This document shows positions 1-9,012 of a stretch of 62,899 bases of DNA, in pieces; the first letter of the stretch is position 1; every line of letters begins with the position of its first letter. The notes beneath the pieces are model-generated. The model was not told where the DNA came from. It did no database searches and worked only from the letters and a program-made list of their open reading frames with translations. Source of the stretch: Candidatus Multivorans thiocomprendens. GTDB lineage: Bacteria > Acidobacteriota > Thermoanaerobaculia > Multivoradales > Multivoraceae. The position numbers and the translations under genes are program-made. The stretch is taken from assembly GCA_027493375.1 (NCBI GenBank), contig JAPVWO010000247.1, forward strand, positions 1 through 62,899, read 5' to 3'.

Positions 1-430
1 TGTTCCCCACCGAAGTCGTCGACCCGAAGGGAAAGACGACCAGACGCTACCGCTACCAGGACACCATGACCCCGTTCGAGAAGCTCAAGTCCCTGCCCGG
101 CGCCGAGAAGTACCTGAAGCCCGGCATCACCATCGCCGCGCTCGAAGAACAGGCCAAGGCCGCAAGCGACCTCGATGCAGCCATCGCTCTCAACAAGGCC
201 CGCGCCAGACTCTTCGACCTCATCAGGCAAGAGTCCGACCCGCTTCGGCGCCGGAGCGCCTGACCGCGAATGCAACCCGAAACCCCGACCGCCGCCCCAC
301 ACGCGGGCGCACCCTTAGGCGGCAGACTCCGCTAACGCTCCGTCTGCCGCTCCAGAACTACGCCGAAACCCACCGGCATCGCCTCTCCGTCACCGCTCCG
401 TTCACGATCATCTCTGTATTGGATTACGCT
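1..430 (+). mobile_element. Right-hand part of an insertion sequence (DDE/integrase-core transposase, family uncertain)
   Basis: Transposase-like C-terminus ends at 263, followed by a subterminal hairpin (319-350) and an AT-richer end-like stretch CCGTTCACGATCATCTCTGTATTGGATTACGCT (398-430). The exact end is approximate. Confidence 0.6.
3..263 (+). CDS. Transposase/integrase-core protein, C-terminal fragment (5'-truncated by the window)
   Basis: Frame open from position 3: FPTEVVDPKGKTTRRYRYQDTMTPFEKLKSLPGAEKYLKPG..., resembling the KGK..Y.Y..MTP(Y/F)EKLKSLP..YLKPG C-terminus of integrase-core transposases. Confidence 0.7.
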   Translation, partial: FPTEVVDPKGKTTRRYRYQDTMTPFEKLKSLPGAEKYLKPGITIAALEEQAKAASDLDAAIALNKARARLFDLIRQESDPLRRRSA

Positions 431-581
431 GTTCTTCCCGCCCCGTTTGCGCCACTTCGGGACGGCTGGCTCTAAGTCATTGACACCGCTGGGTTTGACG
501 GCTTCAGGCTGGAACCGGGGCGGCCATCCTGTTACTGTCCGTCACCTTGCTCCGCGCGAGCGTTCTGCTCGCGGAGTTCGT

Positions 582-667
582 GCCGGAGTGGCGGAATGGC
601 AGACGCAGGGGACTCAAAATCCCCCGCCCCTTGGGGCGTGTGGGTTCGACTCCCACCTCCGGCACCA
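582..667 (+). tRNA. tRNA-Leu(CAA)
   Basis: GCCGGAG/CTCCGGC acceptor stem, anticodon arm GGGGA-CTCAAAA-TCCCC, long variable arm, GGTTCGACTCC T-arm, encoded CCA. Confidence 0.97.
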
Positions 668-685
668 CTGGCTCCCGCGGAACGC

Positions 686-700
686 GTCCCCTGCGGGGAC
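686..700. terminator. Hairpin between convergent tRNA-Leu and tolC-like gene
   Basis: GTCCCC-TGC-GGGGAC inverted repeat; no U-tract. Confidence 0.3.
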
Positions 701-712
701 TCGCGCCAGGAA

Positions 713-2410
713 CTAGCTGTCGGAGTTGGCGTCGTCGACGAGTTCGATGCCTTCCTGCTCCAGCAGGACGCCGATCGCCCGGAAGTAGGCCAGCAGGGCG
801 CGGCGGTAGCCCGTGATGGCCTCCACTTCGCGGCTGCGGGCCGCCGTCAGATCCTCCTGGATCTCGAGCACCTGGAAGCTGGTCCAGAGCCCGTTCTCGT
901 AGCGCTTCTGGGCGGCGTCCAGGTTCTTCTCCGCCAGTTCCCGCGACACCCGCGCCGAGTCGATCTGCTTGCCCGCGGTCTCCACGCCCCTGGCGGCCGT
1001 CCGCACCTCCGTGCGGATCGTCAGCATCAGGTCCTGCAGCTCCAGCCGTCCCTGGTCGAGCGCCAGGTCGGCGATCCGGCTTTGCGCCCGGGCCGAGCGG
1101 TTCCGCAGCGGCTTGGAGAGGTTGAGGCCCACGTTCCAGCCCTCGAAGACCTGCCCCAGGATCCCGTCGTAGAACTGACCGAGCGTCGACAGGAAGTCGA
1201 GCGAGTCGACCCGGATGTACTCCTCCGGACAAGGCTCGAACAGATCGGCAATGCTGGGCGGACCGGGGCGCTCACAGACGGTACGGTCACCGCCCAGTGC
1301 GTTCCGGCCGTAGCTCACGCTCAGGTTCAGGTCGGGCTTGCGCTGGTTGCGGAGAAAGGTGGAGTCGATCTCCAGCGTTTCGATCCGCAGTTCCTGGCGA
1401 TCGATCTCCACCCGCTTGTTGAGCGCCGAACTAAGCGACGCCTCCAGATCAATGGCGACCCGTGAGATCTCGGGCGATGTCATCGGAACGATCTCCAGGT
1501 CCCAGAAAGTCCGCTCGTCCAGGTTCAGCAGTCGCCGCAGCTCATCCGCCGCGTCCTGAATCTGCGCCTGGACCCGGATGATCTCCTCCTCGCGGGTCGC
1601 GATGCCCGCTTCGCTCTGAACGAGTTCCAGCGGCGCCAGGGTACCCACCTCGATCTGGATGCGGTTCATCTCGTGCAGCTCGCGGGCCAGCGCCAGACTC
1701 TCCTCCGCCACCTTGAGCTGTTCCAGGCCTTCGACCAGGGCCCAGTAGCCGTTGGCCACGGTCTGCACCGTGTCAATGACCTGAACTGCGAGATCTCCCA
1801 TGCTGATGTCGCTGTTCAGCCGGGCGACGGCCAGGTTCCGCTCGGTGATCCGCTTTCCCCGGTTCCGCAGCAGCGGCTGGTCGAAGGCGAACTGCAGGCT
1901 GGACCGCAGGCTCGGGTTGATGTCCGAGAACCGCGAGTTCGATTCGAACCGGCTGTTCTGCCAGTTGATCGAGAACGTGCCACCCGACGAAACCGGTTGC
2001 TGGAGTTCGACGTTCGCCGTCATCGTCTCGTTCTCGGTGACCAGGGCGCCGTCAAGTTGCGAGGCCGAGGGCCGGCTGTCGCTGTTGACGCTGGTGTTGA
2101 CTCCGAGCACCGTGTCGTAGATGCCGTACGCCTGGTTGATCTGGAACAGCGACTGGGAGCGCTGGTAGCGCTGGACCAGCAGTCCGAGGTTGTTCTGCAG
2201 GGCGATCGCGACCGCCTGGTCCAGTTCAAGCCGGAGTTGCCCATCGGCGATGTCCAGATCCGGTGCGATCGGCTCGGTGATCCACGTCGAACCGACCTGC
2301 ACCTGCCCCGCTGCCGGGGGAGCCCAGACGGCGGCCGGGACGAGGACAGTGCAGAGAGCGACGATCGGCGCCGCGGACTTGCGGACGCTCTGCTTTGGGA
2401 ACAGGTTCAT
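713..2410 (-). CDS. TolC-family outer membrane efflux protein
   Basis: Signal peptide from ATG 2410 (MNLFPK...AAVWA); LELDQAVAIALQNN, two OEP-like repeats, RYENGLWTSFQVLEIQ C-terminal motif. Confidence 0.88.
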   Translation of the reverse strand: MNLFPKQSVRKSAAPIVALCTVLVPAAVWAPPAAGQVQVGSTWITEPIAPDLDIADGQLRLELDQAVAIALQNNLGLLVQRYQRSQSLFQINQAYGIYDTVLGVNTSVNSDSRPSASQLDGALVTENETMTANVELQQPVSSGGTFSINWQNSRFESNSRFSDINPSLRSSLQFAFDQPLLRNRGKRITERNLAVARLNSDISMGDLAVQVIDTVQTVANGYWALVEGLEQLKVAEESLALARELHEMNRIQIEVGTLAPLELVQSEAGIATREEEIIRVQAQIQDAADELRRLLNLDERTFWDLEIVPMTSPEISRVAIDLEASLSSALNKRVEIDRQELRIETLEIDSTFLRNQRKPDLNLSVSYGRNALGGDRTVCERPGPPSIADLFEPCPEEYIRVDSLDFLSTLGQFYDGILGQVFEGWNVGLNLSKPLRNRSARAQSRIADLALDQGRLELQDLMLTIRTEVRTAARGVETAGKQIDSARVSRELAEKNLDAAQKRYENGLWTSFQVLEIQEDLTAARSREVEAITGYRRALLAYFRAIGVLLEQEGIELVDDANSDS

Positions 2411-2618
2411 CGGGCTGTGTTCCTTCCTTCGACGGCGCCCTGACCGCAACGGGCACGGCGCGTCGTGTCTTTCCTCTTTGACGCGAGAGGCGCGAGGTTG
2501 TTTCAACAACCCTACGCCGGATGGTGCCGGAGCGCCGGTCTGGCGCGCCGGGCGGGCAAGCCTAAGCGATGGCGTGGCGAGGGCCGCGGGGCCTTCGCGA
2601 AGGGGTGTCGGCGGCTTG

Positions 2619-4235
2619 TCAGCCGTCGAGAAGGTCGAGAGCGACTCGACGCGCTTCCTCCAGCGTACCGGCCAGGTGACCGGGGGGAAGATCGCGGAGA
2701 ATGTCGAGTGTCCGAAGAGTCTTCGCGACGGATCCCTCGAGACCGCAGATGACGACCTCGGTTCGCTCGGCGGAGGCCACGTTCAGGAGGCGCTGGATCA
2801 CCATTGCCGCGCTGTCGTCCAGGTACAGGGCTTCGGAGAAATCGAAGATCACGACTTCGTGGTCCTTGATGTCTCCGCCGATGACGGTCGACAACTTGTT
2901 CGAGGAGGCGACCGTGAGGGTTCCCCTGAGCGCCACCAGGCCGACGCGCGCCGAGTAGGGGTCGACCTTCCCTCGTTCCTCCCCGTCCCCGAAGAAGGTC
3001 CGATCGAGGAGCGGGACCGAGACCACGCTGTCGAGTTCGAGCCCCTCCAGGCGCCGCGCGTGCGCCATCCCCGCCGCGATCAGGCCCACGGCGACCGCCG
3101 TTACGAGATCGACGAAGACCGTCAGACCCAACGTCAACAGCATGACGAAGAGGTGCTCCCGGCGAATCCGGTGGACCCGCGCGAGCAGCGGCCAGTCGAT
3201 GATGTCCCACCCCACCTTCATCATGATCGCCGCCAGAACGGCGTGGGGAACCGGTTCGACCAGCGGCCCGAGGCCCAGAGCGAGGAGGAGGAGGAAGAGC
3301 GCACGCAGAGCGCCGGACACGGGTGTCGAGCCGCCGGCGCGGATGTTGACGACGGTTCCCATCGTGGCGCCGGCGCCCGGCAGGCCGCCGAGCACCCCGG
3401 AGATCATGTTGCCGATGCCCTGGCCGACCAGTTCGCGGTCCGGGTTGTGGCGGGTGCCCGTCAGCGAGTCGGCCACAAGCGATGTCAGGAGGCTGTCGAC
3501 CGACCCCAGCAGGGCGAGAATGAGCGCCGGTTGGAAGGCTTGCAGCAGGAAACCCGCGCTCGGCAGACCGATCTTCAGCGTCGGCAGACCTGTTGGCACG
3601 TGGCCGAGCGCCGGGGCACCGCTCAACCAGAGGATCCCGAGGACGGAGCCGAGAACGAGGGCAAGCAGCGGCGCCGGGAAGTAGCGCGAGAGCCGCCGGG
3701 GCCACAGAAAGCCGGCCGCCAGGGTGACGGCGCCGATGGCGACTGCGTTCAGGTTCACCCCGGCGGTCGCTTCCGGAATGGCGCGGACGGCGCCGAGTGC
3801 TCCACCCGCCGCCGGCGGCGCCCCGAGAAACGGAAGGACCTGGATCAGGATGACGATGACGCCGATCCCGGACATGAATCCGGAGACGACGACGTAGGGC
3901 GTGTACACCACGAATCGGCCGATCCGCGCCAGGCCGAGGAGCATCTGCAGCAGGCCGCCGAGAACGACGACGGTCAGCGCCTCCGTGAGATTTGAAGCGT
4001 GGGTCGTCAGGATCACCGTCATGGCGACGGTCATCGGCGCCGTGGGCCCCGAGATCTGGGACCGGGTGCCGCCGAACACGGCCGCGAAGAAGCCCACGGC
4101 GATCGCGCCGTGAAGGCCCGCGACGGCGCCCATGCCGGAAGCGACGCCGAGCGCCAGCGCGACCGGAAGAGCGACGACGGTGGCCGTCAACGCCCCGAAC
4201 AGGTCGCCCCGGAGCGTCGGCAGGTCGTACTTCAC
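2619..4235 (-). CDS. SulP family inorganic anion transporter (BicA-like) with STAS domain
   Basis: GDLFGALTATVVALPVALALG, ISGPTAPM, ELVGQGIGN motifs; C-terminal STAS DFSEALYLDDSA. Confidence 0.92.
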   Translation of the reverse strand: MKYDLPTLRGDLFGALTATVVALPVALALGVASGMGAVAGLHGAIAVGFFAAVFGGTRSQISGPTAPMTVAMTVILTTHASNLTEALTVVVLGGLLQMLLGLARIGRFVVYTPYVVVSGFMSGIGVIVILIQVLPFLGAPPAAGGALGAVRAIPEATAGVNLNAVAIGAVTLAAGFLWPRRLSRYFPAPLLALVLGSVLGILWLSGAPALGHVPTGLPTLKIGLPSAGFLLQAFQPALILALLGSVDSLLTSLVADSLTGTRHNPDRELVGQGIGNMISGVLGGLPGAGATMGTVVNIRAGGSTPVSGALRALFLLLLALGLGPLVEPVPHAVLAAIMMKVGWDIIDWPLLARVHRIRREHLFVMLLTLGLTVFVDLVTAVAVGLIAAGMAHARRLEGLELDSVVSVPLLDRTFFGDGEERGKVDPYSARVGLVALRGTLTVASSNKLSTVIGGDIKDHEVVIFDFSEALYLDDSAAMVIQRLLNVASAERTEVVICGLEGSVAKTLRTLDILRDLPPGHLAGTLEEARRVALDLLDG

Positions 4236-4340
4236 GCCGGAAGCGCTCCGACAGACTGTGCAGCCACTCCTTCTTGCCTTCCCGTGCGCATCGTCCCGGG
4301 CCCCTTCTACCGGCGAACGTCATGTTACATTCCCGCGGCC

Positions 4341-5216
4341 ATGAAGGTCCTCGAAGGTCTCCCGGAACCCCGACGCGGCAAGGTCCGCGACATCTACGAT
4401 CTCGGCGCTCGGCTGCTGCTGGTAGCCAGCGATCGCGTATCCGCCTACGACTTCGTCCTCTCTCCGGAGATTCCGGACAAGGGCAAGGTGCTGAACCAGT
4501 TGACGAACTTCTGGTTCGATCGGCTCGGCGACCTCATCCCGAATCACCTGATCGAGACCGATGTACGCCGTTTTCCCGCCGACCTGCAGCCGCACGCCGA
4601 CTACCTGGACGGACGGTCGGTCCTCGTGAGAAAAGCGCAAGTCGTTCCCTACGAGTGCGTGGCCAGGGGCTACCTCGCCGGCAGCGCGTTCCGGGAGTAT
4701 CGGGAGACGGGGCGGGCCTGCGGCCACGATCTGCCGGCCGGGATGGTCCGGGCCGCGCAACTGGACGACGCGATCTTCACGCCGGCGACAAAGGCCGAGG
4801 AGGGTCACGACGAGAACATCGACTACGACACCCTGGTTGAAGGCGTCGGCAGCGACATGGCGGCGACCCTGCGGCGTGTGACGCTTGAGCTCTACAAACG
4901 GGGACGGGAACTCGCGGCAGGCCGTGGCCTCATCCTCGCCGACACGAAGTTCGAGTTCGGCATGGTCGAGGACCGTCTGATACTGATCGACGAAGTGCTG
5001 ACTCCGGATTCGTCGCGCTACTGGGACGCCGCCCAGTGGAGCCCGGGCACCGAACCCGTCTCGTTCGACAAACAGCCGGTCCGCGACTGGGTCGCCGGGA
5101 CCGGCTGGGACAAGGCATCTCCGCCGCCGGAACTGACGCCCGAGGTCGTCAACGAGACGAGGGAACGTTATCTCGACGCGTTCCGCCGGGTCACCGGTCG
5201 CGACCCGGTTCTCTAG
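4341..5216 (+). CDS. purC: Phosphoribosylaminoimidazole-succinocarboxamide (SAICAR) synthase
   Basis: GKVRDIY, SDRVSAYD, ECVARGYLAGS, ADTKFEFG, DEVLTPDSSRYW; ATG 4341 chosen. Confidence 0.97.
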   Translation: MKVLEGLPEPRRGKVRDIYDLGARLLLVASDRVSAYDFVLSPEIPDKGKVLNQLTNFWFDRLGDLIPNHLIETDVRRFPADLQPHADYLDGRSVLVRKAQVVPYECVARGYLAGSAFREYRETGRACGHDLPAGMVRAAQLDDAIFTPATKAEEGHDENIDYDTLVEGVGSDMAATLRRVTLELYKRGRELAAGRGLILADTKFEFGMVEDRLILIDEVLTPDSSRYWDAAQWSPGTEPVSFDKQPVRDWVAGTGWDKASPPPELTPEVVNETRERYLDAFRRVTGRDPVL

Positions 5217-6363
5217 GGCGGTCGCGGCGGCCGACCAGGAGGCGCGGCAGGCGCCGGTTCAGACCGCACCAGACCTCGTAGGCCGCGATGCCGGCGCGGC
5301 CCGCTAGTTCGCCGACGCCGATGCGCTGCTTGCCCTGTCTTCCGAGCAGGACGCACTCGTCACCGATCACGGCGCCTGGAACCCGGGTGACGTCGACAGT
5401 CAGCGAATCCATGCTGACCTGACCGGCGATCGGGCAACGCTCTCCCCTGACCAGGACGTCGCCGCCGCCGAAGCCCGTGCTGAAACCGTCTCCGTAGCCG
5501 ACCCGGATCAGGGCAATCCTGGCCGAACCTGGCGCTCGCCAGGTGCGCCGGTAGCCGACGCCGGCGCCGGCCGGTACCGGCCGCAGGTCGACGATCGGCG
5601 CCTTGAGGCTCATGACCGGCCGCAGGGCGGGCGTTTCCGAGCCGCCGGCCAGCGTCGCCAGGTCGAGCCCGTAGAGCGCTCCGCCGACCCGCACCGCGGT
5701 CCAGCGGGTGGAGGCGCGCCTCAGCGCCGCGGACGAGTTCGCGAGGTGTACCGGAACCGAACGGCGCTCACTCGAGTCGAGAAGCTCGACCGCGGCGGCG
5801 AAGCGCCGTTCCTGCTCTCCGGTAAAGGAGCTTTCGGCCAGTTCGGACTCGGCCAGGTGAGACATCAGGCCCGCAAACCGGAACTCGGGCGCGGCACGCA
5901 GGGCGTCGAGCGCGGCCCGCCAGTCGGCCAGTTTCAGGCCGGCGCGACTCATGCCGGTGTCCAGTTCGACGACCACCTCCAGCGCCTGTCCCGCGCCAGC
6001 CCCGGCAGTTCTCAGCCAGGCACTCCAGGCTGTGAGTTGCCCCAGGCGCGTGAGCACCGGCGTTGCACTCCCGCGAACGACGCGATCCAGGTCCCCGGAC
6101 GACTCCGGACCGCCGAGCAGCAGGACGCGCCCGCCATACCCGGCGTTGCGGAGCTCCACGACTTCGGCGGCGCCCGCCACCGCCAGGCCGTCGATGCCGA
6201 GCCGCTCAAGTTCGAGCGCCACGCCCGGCGCGCCGTGCCCGTAAGCGTCCGCCTTGACGACTCCGTAGACCGCCGCCTCCCCGACCGACCGCCGCACCGC
6301 GTGCAGGTTGACCGCCAGGGCGCCGAGATCGATCTCGACCCGCGCGCCCGCGCTGGAGCTCAG
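5191..6363 (-). CDS. alr: Alanine racemase (proposed CTG start at 6363)
   Basis: VVKADAYGHG PLP-lysine motif, DTGMSR, GYGDG, VSMD. The conserved ARVEIDLGAL N-terminus lies upstream of the first GTG (6297). Confidence 0.92.
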   Translation of the reverse strand: MSSSAGARVEIDLGALAVNLHAVRRSVGEAAVYGVVKADAYGHGAPGVALELERLGIDGLAVAGAAEVVELRNAGYGGRVLLLGGPESSGDLDRVVRGSATPVLTRLGQLTAWSAWLRTAGAGAGQALEVVVELDTGMSRAGLKLADWRAALDALRAAPEFRFAGLMSHLAESELAESSFTGEQERRFAAAVELLDSSERRSVPVHLANSSAALRRASTRWTAVRVGGALYGLDLATLAGGSETPALRPVMSLKAPIVDLRPVPAGAGVGYRRTWRAPGSARIALIRVGYGDGFSTGFGGGDVLVRGERCPIAGQVSMDSLTVDVTRVPGAVIGDECVLLGRQGKQRIGVGELAGRAGIAAYEVWCGLNRRLPRLLVGRRDRPREPGRDR

Positions 6364-7721
6364 TTCGGCCCCTCCGGCGGCGAGTGATACGCGTCGTAGC
6401 TGCGAAACGTCGTCGTGTCCCCGAGAAAGACAAGCGGCACGGAACCGGTCTCGCCGTTCCGGTGCTTGGCGATGATGAGTTCGGCCATCCCCTGCACTTC
6501 GAGATCATCCGGTTCATAGACCTCTTCGCGATAGACGAACATGACGATGTCGGCGTCCTGCTCGATGTTCCCCGACTCCCGGAGGTCTGCAAGCTGCGGG
6601 CGGTGATCCTTGCCCCGTCGTTCCGGCAGCCGCGAGAGCTGGGACAGGGCCACGACAGGCACTTCAAGTTCCTTCGCCAGTTGCTTCAAACCGCGGGTAA
6701 TCGCGCCTATCTCCAGGTTGCGGTTCTCGTACCGGCCCCCGGCGTTCATCAACTGGAGGTAATCGACGACCAGCAGGGCGAGACCGTCCTGTTTCTTGAG
6801 CCGGCGCGCCTTCGAGGCGACCTCGAGCAGCGACGGATTGGCGGAGTCGTCCACGAACAGCTTCGACTCCTGGCCGTCCTGCTTCGCCTGGTGAAGGCGC
6901 TTCCAGTCCTCCCCCGACAGCCGCCCGCTCCGCAGCTTGTGAAACGGGATGTCCGTGGTCGAACACAGCACCCTCATCGCGATCTCGCGCGCGCTCATCT
7001 CGAGCGAGAAGAAGCCCGCCGCCTTCTTCTCGTCGTGCGCGACGTGAGTCGCCATGTTCAGCGCGAGGCTGGTCTTTCCCATCCCCGGGCGGCCGGCGAC
7101 GATGACCAGGTTGCCGGGTTGAAGGCCGTGCGTCTTCCGGTCGAGATCGACGAATCCGGTACGCAGGCCCGAGAACTCGTTGACCGCGCTCCGTTCGAGC
7201 TCCTCCATCGTCTCTTCGTAGATCTGGCTCAACGGCACGAAGGTCCGCGCCACGGCCTCTTCGCTCAGACTCAGGACCCTGCTCTCCGCCTCCTCGAGGG
7301 CCTGCTCGGCATCCAGGCCGCCGTCGAGCGCCTTCGTGTAGATCTCCGTACAGGCGTCGAGCAGGCGGCGTCGCAGCGCCCGCTCCTTGATGATCTCGAC
7401 GTACGAGTCGACCCGGCCCAGGTCGGGCAGGTCGACTTCCAGAGTGGCGAGGTAGGCCACGCCGCCCGCCGACTCGAACTGGCCGCGTTGCTCCAGCCGG
7501 GCCTGAAGTGTCCGCAGATCGATCGGGCTCTCCGCCTCCTGGAGCGAGAGCATCGCCCTGTACAGGACCCGGTGGCGCTCGAAGTAGTAGTCCTCGGGCT
7601 TCAGCCGGCTCGAGGTAGCGGCCAGGTGCCGCTCGGAATCGAGCAGGATCGCCGCGAGCACGGCACGTTCGGACTCTTCGCTATGCGGCAGACTGTGGGT
7701 CTCGTCGATCGGCGCGCGCAC
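6360..7721 (-). CDS. dnaB: Replicative DNA helicase
   Basis: PHSEESERAVL N-terminus, AGRPGMGKT Walker A, FSLEMS, VVDYLQL, LSQLSR, DLRESGNIEQDAD, KHRNG. Confidence 0.98.
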   Translation of the reverse strand: MRAPIDETHSLPHSEESERAVLAAILLDSERHLAATSSRLKPEDYYFERHRVLYRAMLSLQEAESPIDLRTLQARLEQRGQFESAGGVAYLATLEVDLPDLGRVDSYVEIIKERALRRRLLDACTEIYTKALDGGLDAEQALEEAESRVLSLSEEAVARTFVPLSQIYEETMEELERSAVNEFSGLRTGFVDLDRKTHGLQPGNLVIVAGRPGMGKTSLALNMATHVAHDEKKAAGFFSLEMSAREIAMRVLCSTTDIPFHKLRSGRLSGEDWKRLHQAKQDGQESKLFVDDSANPSLLEVASKARRLKKQDGLALLVVDYLQLMNAGGRYENRNLEIGAITRGLKQLAKELEVPVVALSQLSRLPERRGKDHRPQLADLRESGNIEQDADIVMFVYREEVYEPDDLEVQGMAELIIAKHRNGETGSVPLVFLGDTTTFRSYDAYHSPPEGPN

Positions 7722-7872
7722 GTCATCCTCCGGAGTCCTAGCCTAGCCTTCGGATGACGACGGCGGGGCGGCTGCGGCTGCCTGCGGGAAGGCTGCGGAT
7801 TTCGTGAGCCGTGCGAAGATGAGGCGGCGCCGAAACCGCGTCCGGCCGGCGTCGCCGGCTGCCCCAGAGCCC

Positions 7873-8970
7873 ATGGACCAACGTGCTTCTCCGCTCGCGC
7901 CGCTCGCCTGGCCGGCGCTGGGCTGTCTGGGACTGTTGATCTGCGCCGCCGCGGCCGCCCAGGAACAGGAGGGCGACCCCCTGGCCGGTTCTGAAGCCGG
8001 CGACGCGGAGGCCGCCGCGGAGGAGACCGATCCCTGCGCCTCCGAGTACCTGGAGGGGCGATCGTGGATCGACTGGCTGAACCTCCGCCTCCATCGCACC
8101 GCCTGTGAGACAGCCCTGTGGTTCGACCACCTGTTCGGCGACTACCGCCTGGACGAGAAGCTGGAAGCCACCTACGGCCGCGCCTTCGTTGGAGTGGCCT
8201 GGGACGAGCGCTACGGGTTCGAGGACGATCTGAGCTTTCGCGCCCGTCTCCACTTCCCGAACATGGAGCGGCGTCTCAACGCCTTTGTCGGTCGCGACGA
8301 CCGGGAGGACGTCCTGGAGGACGCCCAGCCCCGCGGGGCGACCTCGCTGCCGCGCATGTTCGACCCCGAAGACGACGAGTGGCTGGTGGGACTCGGCTAC
8401 CGGCCGATCTCGAGCGGCAACAGCGACCTCGACTTCGATCTCGGCATGAACTTCAACTTCCCCATCGAGCCCTGGGCTCGCGCCCGTTACAGGCACCGTT
8501 CCTTCCTCTCGGAGACCGACCTCGTCCGCTTCCGGCACACCCTCTTCTGGGAGCGGGACGACGGCTGGGGTCTGGCGACGCGGATTGACTATGAGCACGC
8601 GTTTCCGGCCGGCTCCATGCTGCGATGGCGCGGCGCCGGCAAGGTCTCGGACATCACCAGAGGGGCCGACTGGTTCACCGAGTTGAGCTACTACCACCGG
8701 TTGGGGCGCCGCCGCGCCCTCGCCCACCAGGTCGGCGCCAACGGCGAAACCGGCGCCCCGGTTCTCGTCGAGAACTACTTCGTGCGCGTCATCTACCGCC
8801 AGCAGATCCTCAGGGAGTGGCTCTTCCTCGAGATCGGCCCCGGCCTGGCCTGGCGTCGCGAGGAACACGGTGTGCCCAGGGACTCCGTACCGATCCTGCG
8901 CTTCGGAGTCGAGATGCTGTTCGGTGACTACCGCGGCCAGGGTACCGCCGCACCGGTTCCGGGCGGATAG
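7873..8970 (+). CDS. Exported hypothetical protein, possibly an outer-membrane beta-barrel
   Basis: Signal peptide (AAAAA-Q); alternating aromatic/hydrophobic beta-strand pattern in the C-terminal two-thirds; typical codon usage. Start uncertain (7804-7873). Confidence 0.7.
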   Translation: MDQRASPLAPLAWPALGCLGLLICAAAAAQEQEGDPLAGSEAGDAEAAAEETDPCASEYLEGRSWIDWLNLRLHRTACETALWFDHLFGDYRLDEKLEATYGRAFVGVAWDERYGFEDDLSFRARLHFPNMERRLNAFVGRDDREDVLEDAQPRGATSLPRMFDPEDDEWLVGLGYRPISSGNSDLDFDLGMNFNFPIEPWARARYRHRSFLSETDLVRFRHTLFWERDDGWGLATRIDYEHAFPAGSMLRWRGAGKVSDITRGADWFTELSYYHRLGRRRALAHQVGANGETGAPVLVENYFVRVIYRQQILREWLFLEIGPGLAWRREEHGVPRDSVPILRFGVEMLFGDYRGQGTAAPVPGG

Positions 8971-9012
8971 AGTCCTTCCCCCTTTCCCAGGAACCAGGAA
9001 GCGAGGAGTGAG

